Shown here in pieces: positions 1 through 14,002 of a stretch of 64,000 bases of DNA (its first letter is position 1; each line of letters opens with the position of its first letter). The stretch comes from Lytechinus pictus (Eukaryota): positions 14,262,001 through 14,326,000 of the forward strand of contig NC_087252.1 of the NCBI RefSeq assembly GCF_037042905.1, read 5' to 3'. Both the position numbers and the translations under genes were made by a program. The notes under the pieces are model-generated. The model was not told the DNA's origin. It made no database searches and was given only the letters and a program-made list of their open reading frames with translations.

Positions 1-294
1 AAATCACTCATTAACAAAACATCTCAATCTCTTTTCCTAAACCTGAACCACATGTCACTACATTCATTCAAATGAATGAAATAATTATAACAGTACCCTA
101 TTTAGATTCTTATTCATTCATTTATTGATCCATATCAAAAACAAAATATTGCACTACATACATACATAAAATGTGTATATGAATAAACTCTTTAAGAAAA
201 ATTCCATGCTTTCAAAACATTGTAAGAAAATATTAATAAACTTGTATTACAATACAAATATAAATAATAATAAATAAATATACGATTTGTAAAG

Positions 295-408
295 AGCACG
301 TATCGACCTTGCTAGGTGCTCAAGGCGCTCCTATATTACCCCGGCTAAGCTAGTCTACCGATTCTGGTGCGCACAGCTTTTTGAGGAATTACTTCCTGCC
401 GGTAACCG
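295..408 (-). mobile_element. 3' fragment of a tRNA-derived SINE (same family as 14430-14620 and 23230-23473)
   Basis: Shares ctcctatattaccccggctaagctag...gcacagctttt...acttcctgc with the more complete copy at 23230-23473. Confidence 0.65.
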
Positions 409-1691
409 GTATAAAGAGGATCGGTAAGACCCATTATAGATAAAGAATTAAAAAGTGGATGAAATGAATCAGACCTGAAAGCATGGCCTTGGGCTGTCGC
501 GAGCAGTTCCAAATGCCCCATCCATATTCAATATTCTCTGCACATATCATTATTCATAACCAGTATGTCTAAATATGTTCATTCATTTTAATTGATTCAC
601 TGATGTGAGGTAGACGTTCCTTGATGAATATCGGTTGGAGGGCAATAAAATCCTATACTTGTACTTACTAATTTTCAAGTTAGGTCATCAGGATGACACA
701 TCATATCCCACATCATGCTCATCTAATGCCCAACTAAACATTCCAAGACAAGTAAGTGTGCTTCCAGTGTTTTTTTTTTTTTTTTTTTGGGGGGGGGGGT
801 CGGGGGAAATATTGTAAACTGTAATAAACATTTTTGGCATATTATAGGGACATGGAAAATGTAGACAAATTCCTGTTTAAGGTCCAATAAATATTTGGGC
901 ACTTTTTATCCATATTTGAGGTACCGAGATGGTTGGTAATATTCATACATAGATCTACATGTACCAGTATAGGGGTGTGATGGATTTCAACATAAAAACA
1001 AGTCAATTATTAAAGAGCACGATTTTAAATATGGGTAGTGGTCCAAGATATACATGTATCTTTATTTTTTAACAATGAATTTTGCAAAACTGCTGGAATT
1101 AGTATAAGATACATGTAGTATTACATGCACTGTAAGAGTTTAAAAAAAAAAATATTTCAAGTCAACCTTTAGCATGTTAATATTCGATACATTACTTTAT
1201 ATGAATTTTTAATATGTAAACTGACATATTTTACCGGTATGCCTCTGAAGTCCTATGATTTACAAATACAGATTTACCAGAGGGAATATATAATATTGAT
1301 TTGTTGGCATGCACGAACATAAGTTAAGCTTTTACTGGTTGAAGTTAATATTTTTATAAATGTTTTTACATTAATATGCGACTGTAACCCACTTACCGTC
1401 AGATCTGTTTCATGATGTTGATTGTAGTTTATTGTTTTATTTTCCCTTTAGCTCAACATATATGCAATGATTTACTAGAGGATACCCTGTAAATACCAGA
1501 GTACATTAACCCAGAAGAATTGAGAAGTGTGGGCGCGAGGCTGTTTTTCTTGGAATAAAATATCTTTACCACCACAAACCAGTCTGGACTTGGCTTTCTT
1601 TCAGTAGCATAGCATATTTTACGACTTGCAATGCTTTCACTTGAGAGGCAATGTACTTAGTTCTAAAAATATTCCATCTATTTTACTTTCA

Positions 1692-2821
1692 GGATTTGGT
1701 AGTTTGAAGGGAATGGAGTCCCAAGCAGTTTTTATCATAAAAGGAACAATGGTGCAACTTAGGACAGACCCATTTTACAATGACATCGAGTTTGGAAAGT
1801 CGGTCATCAGACTTGCAAATAAAATTGATGACAATTCAAGTCAATTGGAAGAAGCTGCTAAAGAAGTCTATCATAAGCAACATTGAGGTAAATTTTTCTT
1901 CAGCAAAATATAAAGTAGTGGGACCTGTGGCGGATATTTTTATTAGCATTTCGTTCCTACCAAACTGTTCAAAAGACAAATGGAATTTTTCAGCGAATGG
2001 TGGGACCTCTACATGCTCAAGACAAGATCTAAGAATCGTTTTTACAGCAATATATTTTACGGGTTGTTGTGGAGAGACTGATCAAAATGTGTAGTACCGA
2101 TGACACGGAGGAGGATGCAACACTGTTTACACGTACACATGATGAGCAGGTACTGTGATATGTTGCAGGTTATGTCCCGTATACTCTTGTAAGACGATAC
2201 AAAACACAGGGCTCAAGAGCTGCAAAAGAAATCACAAGATTTCTGAACACATGGAAAAAGGATGATGACAACGCAACAGAGGCAGACTCGTTTCTTGACT
2301 ACACCAAGGTGTGGATTACGATCCAGGACCATGGAGGTTGGTTTTTTGTGTCAGATAAAATCTACTTTGTTCCGTGCAATGGAAATTGTTACAAGGAGGC
2401 AACTTCAGAAACAGGCACTACACAGCTCAAGTAAAAAATATCAAAGATATTACAATCCAGGACCGTGGAGGGTTGTTATTTTGTGTCGGATAGTCTACAA
2501 TTTGTTCCGTGCAATGGAAATTGTTACAAGGAGGCAACTTCAGACATGGGCACTACACAGCTCAAGTGACAATATCAAAGATACGATAGAAAAAATGTAT
2601 ATGGCAGTCGTCATGTGCATACCATGTGGCATGGATCATGCACTGATCTACATGGAGATGTCCCGTCTGCTCTTCTCACTACTGTTGTAAATTACTGGGC
2701 TTATAAGGATTACGGCTTTTGTCAAGTCCTACGTTCTCACACTCAAGCAATTGAGTGCCAAGAAAAACTAGGCAAAAAGGCACTCTTCAAAGAACTAAAG
2801 AAGAATCAGGCTGATGGATAA
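1692..2821 (+). pseudogene. Decayed transposon-associated ORF with a P-element/THAP9 C-terminal-like YVAGYV...D(R/H)GG motif
   Basis: Manual translation from ~2141 gives DEQVL*YVAGYVPYTLVRRYK...WITIQDHGG..VSD, then YWALIRITAFVK and KALFKEL in other frames. Contains stops, frameshifts and an internal ~134-bp tandem duplication. Confidence 0.5.
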
Positions 2822-3759
2822 CACTTTACGATGAGACTTGTCATGTTAGCTGATATCCCTGGTCATGAACTGATGTACATTATGTAGTGTAGTGACTTGA
2901 CTATAGCATATATATATCTATTCCTTCCTCGTGTATATTTTCAGTTGTTTTTTCTACATTACATGTACATATACTCTTTCCGCTATACACTTGTTTGTGC
3001 TACATTGCATATACCACTATAGTGTACTGCACATGTACAAAACAAGGCATTCTTGCATATTTTCTGCCTAAATCTTACAAACATCTTCCTTTCACTTTTA
3101 CATAATGGACTTGGAGCAAAGCAACCTCGCATTGTACCTGATTTATTGTCCTGGCCTTGCTCCCAACTGCACTTACGCTGCATCACTACACAGATGCTCT
3201 TTTTTCTCTCTCTCTCTCATCTTCTTTGAACTGTGCTTTTGCCTCTATTTTGGGCACGGTCTTTCATACCCCCTCTTTTTGTGATGCTGGCAAAAAAACC
3301 AACTTGCTACTTTGCCACATCACCACTCTTCTCTCTGTCTTCGCTCTGACTACATCTCTACGTCTCAGCTTGCTTTTGTGGAGCACATGCCCACCAGAGA
3401 ACTACAATTTAATTCTACCCTCCTACAGTTTTATTTTGCTATTCTCTACTTTAAATCACACCTCTTGAAGTCTATTCTCTACATTTAGTGAGGCCTTGCT
3501 ACTTCGCAAGTTATACTTCTACAACCGTGATTTCTACTCTATATATTTTACCTTTCATATACTTTTGTAAATTGTAAATACAACTTTTGGGATTTGTGCA
3601 ATACTTGAGCGGCAACTGCCAGTGAAGTGCTACATCTATCTGCTCTGTCATCCATTTCCTCAGTCAAATTATAGACGTGTGTAAGGTAGGACACAATCTT
3701 TCCTTTTCTATTTCATAATTAGGAAATTGACAGTATTAATTTCCTAAATTAGGAAGGAC

Positions 3760-5905
3760 ACTAATAATGCTCGATGCTAAAGGAATTAGGTTTTTGTATT
3801 TGGGAAATTCTATAAATACAACATACTGTGTTTGTACATGTACCTACCATGAGAATATCTGGCTTCTCCTTTGCCCAAGTACCGTAAAAACCTTCCAGAG
3901 TACATTTCTGAGTTCAACAACACTAAGGTTTGTAATGCTACTTCCAAGGAATGCATGGCTATGGAGTGTTCTGCCTGTGCTGAAAACATCAATCAGTTTC
4001 GACCATTAGACAGCGTACCAGTCAGCTTATCATCAGTGGCAGACAACTGACGGCGTGACTGAAGTTGAGATCGTGGCATCATCTGAAGAGGCTTTCAATG
4101 AACTAAAAAGTCTGCGGAAACCTTTCCTATTCCACATGTATATTAAACGAAGACAGGCAGCGTATATAAATAAGATCAGAGGGAGTGTCAATAGAAGAGA
4201 TCCTGCTACAAACAGACTTTTCAGAGAATGTTACCCATTCCAATCAAAATGAAATCCAAACAGCTCATTGGAGCCATAATCAAGCAAACCCTCTTCACAG
4301 CATGTGTCTCGATTAATTGTGATCTTACCACCACTGAGAGCATTGTCATCATGTCAGATGAGCTGCAACATAACAAGCACAGCATCTTTACATTTATGGA
4401 GAATATCTTGATTAAGCTGAAACTAAAATACCCTGAAGGAACCACGATACATGGGGAGTCAGATGGTGCAAGCTCCCAGTTCAAGCAGAGGTTCTTGTTC
4501 TCAAACTTGGAAAGTGTGAGGAACAGATAAAAATAAAGATAATGTGGCATTTCTTTGCTACTTTGCACGGATGTGTCATCGGTGAGCTGGGTGGAACTGT
4601 GAATAGAGCAGTTTGGAGACATGTCAAAAGTGGGCAGGAAGCAGCATGGACTCCACAAGAATTCTATGAGGTAGCAGTTGCTAGGAATCCCACAATTGAT
4701 GTCATCTTCTTATTGAAGGAAAATCTTTTTTTTTAGGATTATCATGTCAAATTATGCCATTATGCTTATGACCTTAATTATTACTCTTTGGAGGGCAAAT
4801 ACATGTACATTCAATACTAATAGGTATACTTATGGCAGTGGTGAATTCATCTGAAGACGGCCAATCATGAAGACAGCTCACATGATTGTGTCTTAGAAAT
4901 TATATACATCCCCTTAATATTATTATCACATGCTTAAATACTTACTTGAGCTTGTGGGTTTTTCCCCCCTCTTGGATTCATGGATTTTCGCAAAAGGAGT
5001 ACCAGATATTTATTTTAAGGATTTGTTTTTATATTACATGTACCTCTTCAAAGAAACTTATGATACCGTGTGGTGCATATAAATTATGTCTTTAAAGCTC
5101 TGGATCTATACTTTTGAAGGTTGGCCACTGCTCTGGGAGTTAACTTAAATTATGCATGTATCCATGTAATAGCTTCCAGTGCCTGTTTGCATGCTTGAGT
5201 ATCCACCTTAAGACTGCATGGTTCCACTGCGGGTGACACTTTGGTTTCATACAGTGGGTCTGTGGTTGGTGCTCAGGTATGCAAACAGGGTATATTTATG
5301 TATATTCATTTTATTAATATATGTATATTGACATGTATGTATTATTTTGGTGTATTTATAGTTGGTGATTGATTATTCTTTGTTATTATTTGTTATTAAG
5401 AGTCTGATGACAATTGTTTTTTAAGTGAACATGACAATAAAAATAATTGAATTGAATCTGCAAAGAGAGAGGAACTGGATGCATACTGGCAAGAATCCCT
5501 ACATGTACCAAACATTCATAAGATTTATACAGTCATCCCGGGTGGAAGGGAGCATTTATATGTGAACAAAGTCTCAGATGTTTCAGAATATAGGCATGGG
5601 AAGATCAGAGAGATCCAAGATCTCAATGATTCCGTTGATGATGTGGATGAGATTCCTGAAGATGAGAGTTCAGTGAATAAAGAACTTGAAGTTCATGTTG
5701 GAGAATAGGTGTTACATGTAGTTAACTATCACGGGGGGAAATTTTCCTGGTAAAGTTATAGAAATTGGGGCACAAAACAAAAAAGATCTCAAAGTCAATG
5801 TCACGCACCATTCAGGTGGTCACTGGAGGTGGCCTCAGACATCAGTTCAGATATTCTACTTGAAGAAAAATATCATCAGAAAAATTACACCTCCAGTAGA
5901 AGTTT
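3760..5905 (+). pseudogene. Decayed DDE transposase, Sola superfamily-like (probably Sola2)
   Basis: Fragmented frames give CVC..YHEN, TDFSEN..QNEIQTAHW, IMSDELQHNK, SDGASSQFKQ and WHFFATLHG..GGTVNR, plus a C-terminal PGKVIE..WRWP segment at ~5700-5900. Multiple frameshifts. Confidence 0.6.
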
Positions 5906-5984
5906 CCAGCAAATGATTGTGATTTAAGTGCATGCAAAATACAGTATACACATACAGTGTATCAGGAATATTTACCGGTATGCA

Positions 5985-7280
5985 GAAACTTAGGTGAAAA
6001 TCTGAAAGATAAGAGGAGAATCTCCAAAAACGAAACTGAGCAAGCTCGGTATCATTGTTCGCAAAGGAGTGAAGAGCAGAAAGGTTATGACGATGAGAGG
6101 GCAAAGTTAACAGCTCAGTAAGCAGATCGTGAACAAGAACATGGGGAACTTTGACGTGAACTTGATTAATGGGGGATCAATAAATAAGGACCTTTGAAGA
6201 TGGATGCTTCACTTCTGATATTGATGTTGTGTGTTATGAACTCATATCTCGAGGTGTTGGCTCAAAGCATGTGTCAGATATTATCCGATTAGTACTGAAA
6301 AATCAGAGCATTTACAAGCATTTGGAACAGCATGGAGAAGATCCTGGAGACAAAGGAGAAATCCAAACTTTCATGGACAAGGACAATATGGCAAATCAGG
6401 AGATGGATAGTAAGACCTTTTCTGAATGGTACCAGCCGCCTGTACCGATTGTCTCGCAAGCTCAAGTCTTCATGTTTTGAAAGCATAGAACTAATCTTAG
6501 ATCTAATTAAAAAATGTCATCAGAAGACGAGCAGCCACTACCAGGGCAGTCTGAGCGAGATGCTGGGAAAAGAAGGGGGACAACTATTTTGATGTCCTAT
6601 TCAGGTATCAAGGGAGAGCTCGCGAGGCCATTGCTCCATTCGCCACCAATCGTGACAAAGGCAAAACAATTTTTTCAGATCTGCCAAGCTCAAGCAGGGA
6701 ATGTCATCTTCTGTATTTCGCAGAAAGATGGAATGAGTGGGTCGATCTGCCAGCCACATTTATGCTCGAGTCTACACTAAAAGTGTAGTGTGAGGAAGAA
6801 AAATTATGCAACATGAAAACAGAAGTCAACATATTAACACATGTGCAAAAACTTGGTGACAATCTGAAATAAAAGAGAATCTAAAGCTCGCTATCATCGT
6901 TTGAAAAGGAGTGAAGAACAGAATGCAAAGTTAATATCTCATTAAGCAGAACTTGAAGAAGAACATGGTGAACATTGGTGTGAACTTGATGAATGGAAGA
7001 TAAATAAATAAAGACTTTTGAGGATGGACGCTTCATTTCTATCATTCATGTTGTCTCAAGGTGTTGGCTCAAAGCCTGTGCCAGATATTATCCGAAAGTA
7101 CTCCAATGAGTTGCAAGCTATGATTGTGGTAGGCTCCCAAGAGCAAGTTTACTATGAACTAATGGCCTTTGAACAAGCTACTTTGTCAAAGGAATCTGCA
7201 AAAATTGCAACAGAAAAAAATGATGTTCCAGTTATGCTTCAACTACATGTCACATCCCCACAAACCAATGCTGGCTAGCA
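5985..7280 (+). pseudogene. Two diverged copies (~5985-6300 and ~6850-7100) of a decayed transposon-type coding segment
   Basis: Paralogous frames CYELISRGVGSKHVSDIIR (from 6229) and MLSQGVGSKPVPDIIR (within 7018-7278), with alignable upstream DNA. Family not identified. Confidence 0.4.
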
Positions 7281-7435
7281 CAGATATAGGTATCGTTGGA
7301 ATACATTTCTTTGAGGTTCAAACAGAAAGTTAAGAGACTCAATTCTCAGAGTTGATCAGTGCAACAGAGCAACTTCTACCAATTTCTGACGACACATGTG
7401 AGCAGGAGCAGCAGAAGGGAGGTAGATTATTTGTG

Positions 7436-8680
7436 ACTTCGTGACATGACTTCGAGCTGAACGGACGCACTGAGCAGAGCTCTTGCCACCTATTAATATT
7501 ACACAAAATTTTATCGGCTGCAAATTATGGCATCCCATGGCCCAAGGCCTGTTACCCGACAAACTGCTAGCAAGCAGCCGGCCGCATCGGCCACCTTGGC
7601 AGATAAAATGCACTCTAGCTCTCCAACCTCTTCGGATCCCTCTAATTCGGAATTACAGCGAGATATTGCCAACTTTTCTGACAAAATCTTGTCTAAACTT
7701 GATAACATCAATACCGAACTTCAGTCTTTTAATCGCCGCCTTACAGATGTGGAAACTACAATTGAGGTTAATTCTACCAGAATAGCCGAGGTTGAGAATT
7801 CTATACCAGCTACCATTGCTCCACTACAAGATGAAATATCAAATTTAAAAGAGAATCTTCTCTTGATGGAAATCTACAACCGAAAACCCAATCTGCTATT
7901 CTACGGAGATGATAGTGAGCCCAATGAGGATATAACATTACTTTAATAAAGTATTCATCTTTCTTGGTGTTGACGAGGAAAGGGCAAAAGGGATCCAACT
8001 CATCAACGCACATCGCTTACCCAATCGCAACCCACCTAGGACCCCAGACGCCGGTGCCGCAGCCCGTTCCCGACCCGCTCCGATTATCGCTAAATTCGTC
8101 AGGATGCCAGACAGAGATCTCATTCTATCAACTTTCGAGAACCTAAGATGCCTAAAGGAAACATCGCAGCAGCCAGGAATCGCAGCTGAAACGCAATCAT
8201 CACCTCCCCCTCGCTTAACGGTCAGGACTAACCTCCCACCCTGAAAGCTCAACGTGGCCACCTTGCCGAAATTGCTTACAAGTTGCGAAAGAAAAAAAAA
8301 ACAATCTACAAGAATAAAGTTACAAGGTGCTAAAATCGTCCTCCAATGGAAGGAAAAAGGTACGACTACATGGAACCCCTACAGAGATTGAGCAACATCA
8401 ACGTTACAACAGGTGATATGACTCTTTCTTCCTCATTTTTCTAATGTATCGAGACTTTACTGAATGACTGAATGAAACATCGCCTTTCCCTTTCCAAAAT
8501 CGGACGTTTTATTTTTGTTTATTACCAAATGCCTTTTGGATTTCCTTGCACTGTTTAGATGATGAAATAAGAATACCATTCGAACATACTATAGAACGAC
8601 CCCCTGATCTCCATTTGTAAATGTACTATGCTTAACTTTGAAATTATCATCATATTGCTTTCCATTTTAATCCTTTCTGT
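7436..8680 (+). mobile_element. 5' part of an L1/Tx1-type LINE: 5' UTR, frameshifted ORF1 (7527-8391) and spacer; no ORF2
   Basis: 7527-7946 encodes a coiled coil ending MEIYNRKPNLLFYG. It continues in other frames as NAHRLP...RPAPIIAKFVRMPDRDLIL and ends LQWKEKGTTTWNPYRD* at 8391, as in L1 ORF1 coiled-coil/RRM proteins. Confidence 0.7.
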
Positions 8681-9459
8681 AATTTCAGGGTTATTGGCAC
8701 TGACAAAATCTGCTTCTATTGAAGTTTCCAGTGGAAAAAATAGAATTATTTTTTCTTCAAAACATGTTGGATAAAAGAGAGTTAATATTTATGCAATGTG
8801 TACAACCCACATTTTTTAATGGTAAATGCACTTCTGTTTAAAATGTAAAAAATACAATGACAGATGTATGGTCAATAAGGGAGTCACAGCGCTGCAAGAG
8901 CACTGGCAAAGAGAAGCATAGCAAGATATCAAACGTTTGGATTGAAGTGAGTTTGTGAAAGACAATATGACTATTGTAATTCCTATGGTAAGCATTTAAT
9001 ATTGAACTTTGAGGAGTGTGCAGGTGTTGCCCTGAATGAATGGGAAATGGTAGAGACACATCTGTCATCAAGACGGCAAGTGAGAGGATCATCCAAGGCA
9101 AAAGATTTTGCCATCATTAAATATACAGTCGTGGTTGAGGAACAGAACTTCACTGTGTACAAACCTAGGAACCCAAACTCAGTCAGGATTACCAAACCCA
9201 ACTTGGCGTCTGTTGCGGATGAGAACAATGTCGCGACTGGACCAAGCTTGATGGTTTGGAACACAGCCATGAAAATTATGAAACAAGTGGAATGCCTCTG
9301 GCAGTCTCACCTGCATCACGTGATTCAATATAGTAGCAGTGCTGACTTTGAAAACTACTATAACTCGCACAAGATGTTCAGTGATACTTGGTTACTCTTA
9401 TGTCCACGTTTTATGAACTAGACCAATACACTTACAGAGATATGATGGTAATTCAACAA

Positions 9460-9808
9460 ATACCCCAACATGGCCAAAGTTCATTGACCTTACATGACCT
9501 TTGACCTTGATCATGTGACCTGAAACTCGCATTAGGTTAAGATTATGATGTTGATTCCCCCAACATGGTCTAAGTTCATTGACCCTAAATGACCTTTGAC
9601 ATCGGTCATGTGAAATGAAACTCAGGCAGGATGTTCAGTAATACTTGATTAACCTTATGGCCAAGTTTCATGAACTAGGTCCATATACTTTCTTAGTTAT
9701 GCTGTCATTTCAAAAACTTAACCTTTGGTTAAGATTTGGTGTTGACGCCGCCGCCGTCGGAAAAGCGGCGCCTATAGTCTCACTCTGCTATGCAGGTGAG
9801 ACAAAAAT
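9460..9808 (+). mobile_element. 3' part of a Tsp/HINE (Helentron-associated)-like non-autonomous element
   Basis: tgacctttgacct subrepeats, (GCC)n tract, terminal hairpin gtctcac...gtgagac followed by an A run; same layout as 46968-47823. Confidence 0.55.
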
Positions 9809-9902
9809 AAAGAGAAGAGTGTCCATGTTGACTGCTGGTGGAGAACGCACTCCTTTGGCCTTTTAAAACCCAATGATAGAGAAGAAGATTAATAGGTCTT
9901 AA

Positions 9903-10770
9903 AGAGGGTGGATAGTTTTGGAGATTCTCAAAAATGCGTTTGTCATCATTTCACTTCATTTATGCATTATATGATTGTGTTTGCCCTAAAAATTATGTGA
10001 CGTGAAGAAAATGGACAGAAATTGTGTTTTGATGGTGAAATTAATCGATTTTATTTAAGTACGGGTATCCCAGTAGAGTTTCTTTCTTCTACTCGGCGGT
10101 TTGTTTTTGAAATCTTGTGTAGCTCCCTCTACAATAGAAAGTCAAACATTTGTTTTGGTTTGCGTCGCACCACGATGGTGTTTGTGCGCCTATGTAAAGA
10201 TAGTGCATGTTTAATGTTTATTGTTACCGAGTCATTCTCGACTTTTACTCACCCCTTTACCCGTGAAGTGTTCATCTCAAACTTTTTTTGTTCAGTCCAC
10301 ATTGTTTGCAAAGATGTATGTTATTTTTCGTCAAGTGCATAGTTGCTGCAGCAATGCACGGTCAGCATCTACCGGTAAGTGTAGCTGGCCCAGCCAGGCC
10401 GGCGATTGATCGAGCGCTAGGCTGCAACCAGCGCAACCAACACAAAGCGCTGTAATTGACAATCCACCGAAGCCGAATGCAAGAGGTTCGTATCGTACAC
10501 ATATCGCACAATAATTCAAGTAAAATTTCATACATCTAATCAAAAAGTATGGGAGACGAGGAAGGAAGGAAGGAGGATGGGACCGAAGGATGCTTCTCCA
10601 GGTACAAGACTCATACGAAAAAGAGAATCAAGCAAGTTATATGAACTGTCCAGATCGAAGAGGGGGACTATAAGAGTGCACAGTGAGATATTTGATCAGT
10701 GGAGCGAGCTTCGAGGAGCTCGAGGACTCACAAATGATCAATTTCTGTCCTTCTTTCTTGACATGTGAGT
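9903..10770 (+). mobile_element. Probable left end of a Kolobok-like element with a first coding exon (10577-10764)
   Basis: TTAA (9899-9902) followed by AGAGGG. ORF KRESSKLYELSRSKRGTIRVHSEIFDQWSELRGARGLTNDQFLSFFLD ends at a GTGAGT donor and resembles N-termini I recall from transposon-associated proteins. Right end not found. Confidence 0.4.
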
Positions 10771-11779
10771 AGAATTAAGTTTAATCAAATCATTCTATCT
10801 TTTCTTTACACCCTCTTCATTTTATGCCTATAAGAACTTAATCGATAAAACTTTAGATTCTACCTTGTAATTGATACACTTCATCTCGGGCGGAGTGCAA
10901 GGCAGAGGGTCTCGTTTCATATGTACACTCTGCCCAGCAAGAAAGGAAATATACAGGGTATTTCAGTAAAACTCGCACCTTTGAAGAGACCATGGAAATG
11001 GCCAACTATTTATGGACAAAAGATCCCGAACAGAACTGTCTTAGATACTGAAAATGTAGCTGGAGGTGTGAAGGATTTCCCTGTGCTAACACCAAACCCG
11101 ATAAAACAATAAATGTATTTAAAACAGACCTGCCAACCTTCTACAACCAAAAAAAGCATTCTTAGAAGGAAAAAAAGGTAGTTTTTGACAAAAAAAGAAG
11201 ATTTCTTTTTTAAATTTGGCTCAACATATATTGCCAGCCTGTTGTAGTGAGATCGGTGAAAAAGCATGTGAAATGACTCTACTTGATCATTTTGTGATCA
11301 GAGGCCCGTCTTAGAATTGAGCATCCTTAAAATAAGCAATTATGATTTTTTTTTTACAGACAAATCCACACCCCATAAAAGTCAGACTCTGGATCCATAC
11401 CTGCATTTCAGATATTGGCTTCACTTGCTCTCCAAAAAATGAATTCTGTTCAAAGCACCATGTACTTGTTAGTTAGGCCTGGGACAAATATCTGTTTTGC
11501 CATTCGTTTGTTTGCCAGGGTAAATAATTGAATCATTCAAACAATCAAGTTTCCTGGATTTTCAGAAATAAAAAAAAAAGTTTACCTTTAATTTACATGA
11601 CCTACACATAATGAGCAAGCTGATTTAGTCGAGTGTAGTACAGCGCCTATGACATGCACATCGACGGAGCTGAATGATGCACAGTCAAAGGCACGGCACT
11701 CTTGTCACGTCTTGAAAAAGTTACAATGCTTGAATTAATTCATTTTCAGAGGAAATTTCATTTGTTATCTTCCTCTAGG

Positions 11780-12350
11780 CTGTCAATTATCAGAGAATAT
11801 AGCCATGTACTATTTACAATGCATTGGTAGAGCTAGGATTACCGACTGTATTGCCCCAAAGTGAAAAACTCACCCAAGATTTTGCTATTTGCTTTGAAAA
11901 AAATAACTTATGTCAGTCTCGGTTACCTCCTCAAAGAAATAATAATTTTCTTCTAAATGCGAACAAATATACAGAATTCAAATACAAGACAAACAGATTT
12001 AAAAACAGTGCCCTCCCTTATCTTGTACGTGTGCGTAACAAATATTATAAATCATAACTGAAATCATTTGAAAATTCTTAAATGTTTAATATATATACAT
12101 GCTTAGCAATTGTGAATTCTTTTTAATAACCATTGACTTATTGTGTTTTTAAAAGTTTTATTATGAATGATTTTCTACCATATGCATTCTCCCGTTATTC
12201 ATTCATCTGTATCAATAACCTATTAAGCAAATGTATGTGAATAAGTTTAATCGTCTCTGTATTTTCTTACCATGTATTTTTAATTGAAACCCTGTAAAGC
12301 ATGTGTAATTCAGTTCTTACTGTGATACATGTCAATTGAATAAACCATTA
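11780..12350 (+). mobile_element. 3' end of a CR1/L2-group LINE
   Basis: ORF 11824-12057 ends KYKTNRFKNSALPYLVRV, a typical CR1/L2 ORF2 C-terminus, followed by an AT-rich 3' UTR and AATAAA at ~12339. Confidence 0.55.
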
Positions 12351-13631
12351 AATGAAACAAAGTGAATGAAATAAAATGATAATTAATGGTCTCAACTACT
12401 GTATCAATATCTGGCAAACATTTGATTGAAGTAAAAAGTAGTATTTGGTTGCTGATTGTGGTTAAACTGCTCGAAAGCATTTATGGTTCGAGTCTTACTC
12501 CCAGGCCTAACCTAGAAATTGTGTTCTCCTTAACCATGCAACCACCAAGTGATTTGGTACGTTGCTTTAACATTATAGGCTTGATGATATCATATAACCT
12601 GTTGAATACTGAATTCTGTAATCCCCATAGGCTTCAAGAAGGGACCACCTGGTTCCAGTAAGCAATGGGTTAACCTATCGACTACTGATATCTCTCCGTG
12701 CTGTAAGCTTTGGACCAAGACAACCTTGTTCCGGTAGACATTAAGTTAACCTGTGAACTACTTAATTCTGTAATTCCCATATGATTTGTACAGGAACCAT
12801 CTGCTTCCAGTAGGAAATGGGTTACGGCTGCATACTTTACTGATGGCTCTGAGCGAGTGTAGGAATCCATCCTCGTTTATCAGCAGAACGATGCATCTTA
12901 AGTTGCCTAATCTGATCATCCAGCTAATCTCGATTTAACCTCTTGAACTGTATTTATGCAAATAAAATATGAATAAAACAAACAAAATGATCATCTGCGA
13001 TAGGCCAGATGTGAATGCCATGCTTGTGTAAGGAAATTTGTCAAAAGCTTGTGCCTTGTCTTGAAGCAGGAATTCCCCCAATAACTGTCCATTTGTCTTT
13101 TTATTACAGCTTTCCTATATTTTCCATTATGATAAAATGTGAGTATTGGTATTGAAAAGCAGCTGGACAGAAATGTTGTAATCCCGCTGAGTGTGCATAG
13201 CCATATTGTACTGTTTGTGACCAACGAGTGTTGAAGGCGTTACCACTTTGCAGCAAAACTCATAACCGTTAAAAAAAAAAAAAAAAAAAAAAAAAAGGCT
13301 TCACGTACATTATGCACTGGCCCCATAAATTCAAGCAAGGAAAATTGAGAAATCCTGCTTCGTACTAGTATTTTCATAACTCTACTTGGTTGATCAAGGT
13401 ATGGAAATAACAGTAACATGTGAATAATCTAGATAAGGAAATATAAGCCGAAACGTGTTTGATAATTCATAGTCTCTGGACTGGATAAATTTGCAACGGT
13501 GACCATCACCATAGGGCAGGCACCAGTGGACCACCCGGTTCGACTTAAGACTTACTTTTTTCAATTCATATTCTCGTATACAAGTTTAAGGAATGACTCG
13601 AGAGTAACTTTGTTTTGACTATGAACTCACC

Positions 13632-13975
13632 CGTTTATTTCCAATTAGTCTAATGCCAATTTGTCCAATTACCAACTTGTCTACTATCATTTGGTCTACC
13701 ATCGACATGATCTAATTGCCATTTTGTCCACTCACCATTTCTTCTTACCAGTTGGTCCAATTGCCATTTAGTCCATATACCATTAGGTCTAATTGCACTA
13801 TTGCAATGGTTACGAGTTGAAATGGCTATAGATGAATTGGTAATTACATGTAGACAAAAGTGACGATTGTATCGAATGGGTATTGGACCAAATGGCTGTT
13901 AGGCAAAATGTTGATGGACGGACTGGCATTAGACTGAAGTTTGACCATGTGATGAGTGGACAAATTGCGAATACC
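13632..13975. mobile_element. Foldback-type MITE built of short gtcta/gtcca subrepeats, in the ZNF511-like 3' UTR
   Basis: Flanked by direct repeat AACTCACC (13624-13631, 13976-13983). Left-half subrepeats (gtcta/gtcca) are inverted relative to the right half (tagac/tggac). Confidence 0.6.
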
Positions 13976-14002
13976 AACTCACCATGACACAAAAGGTAGA
14001 AT

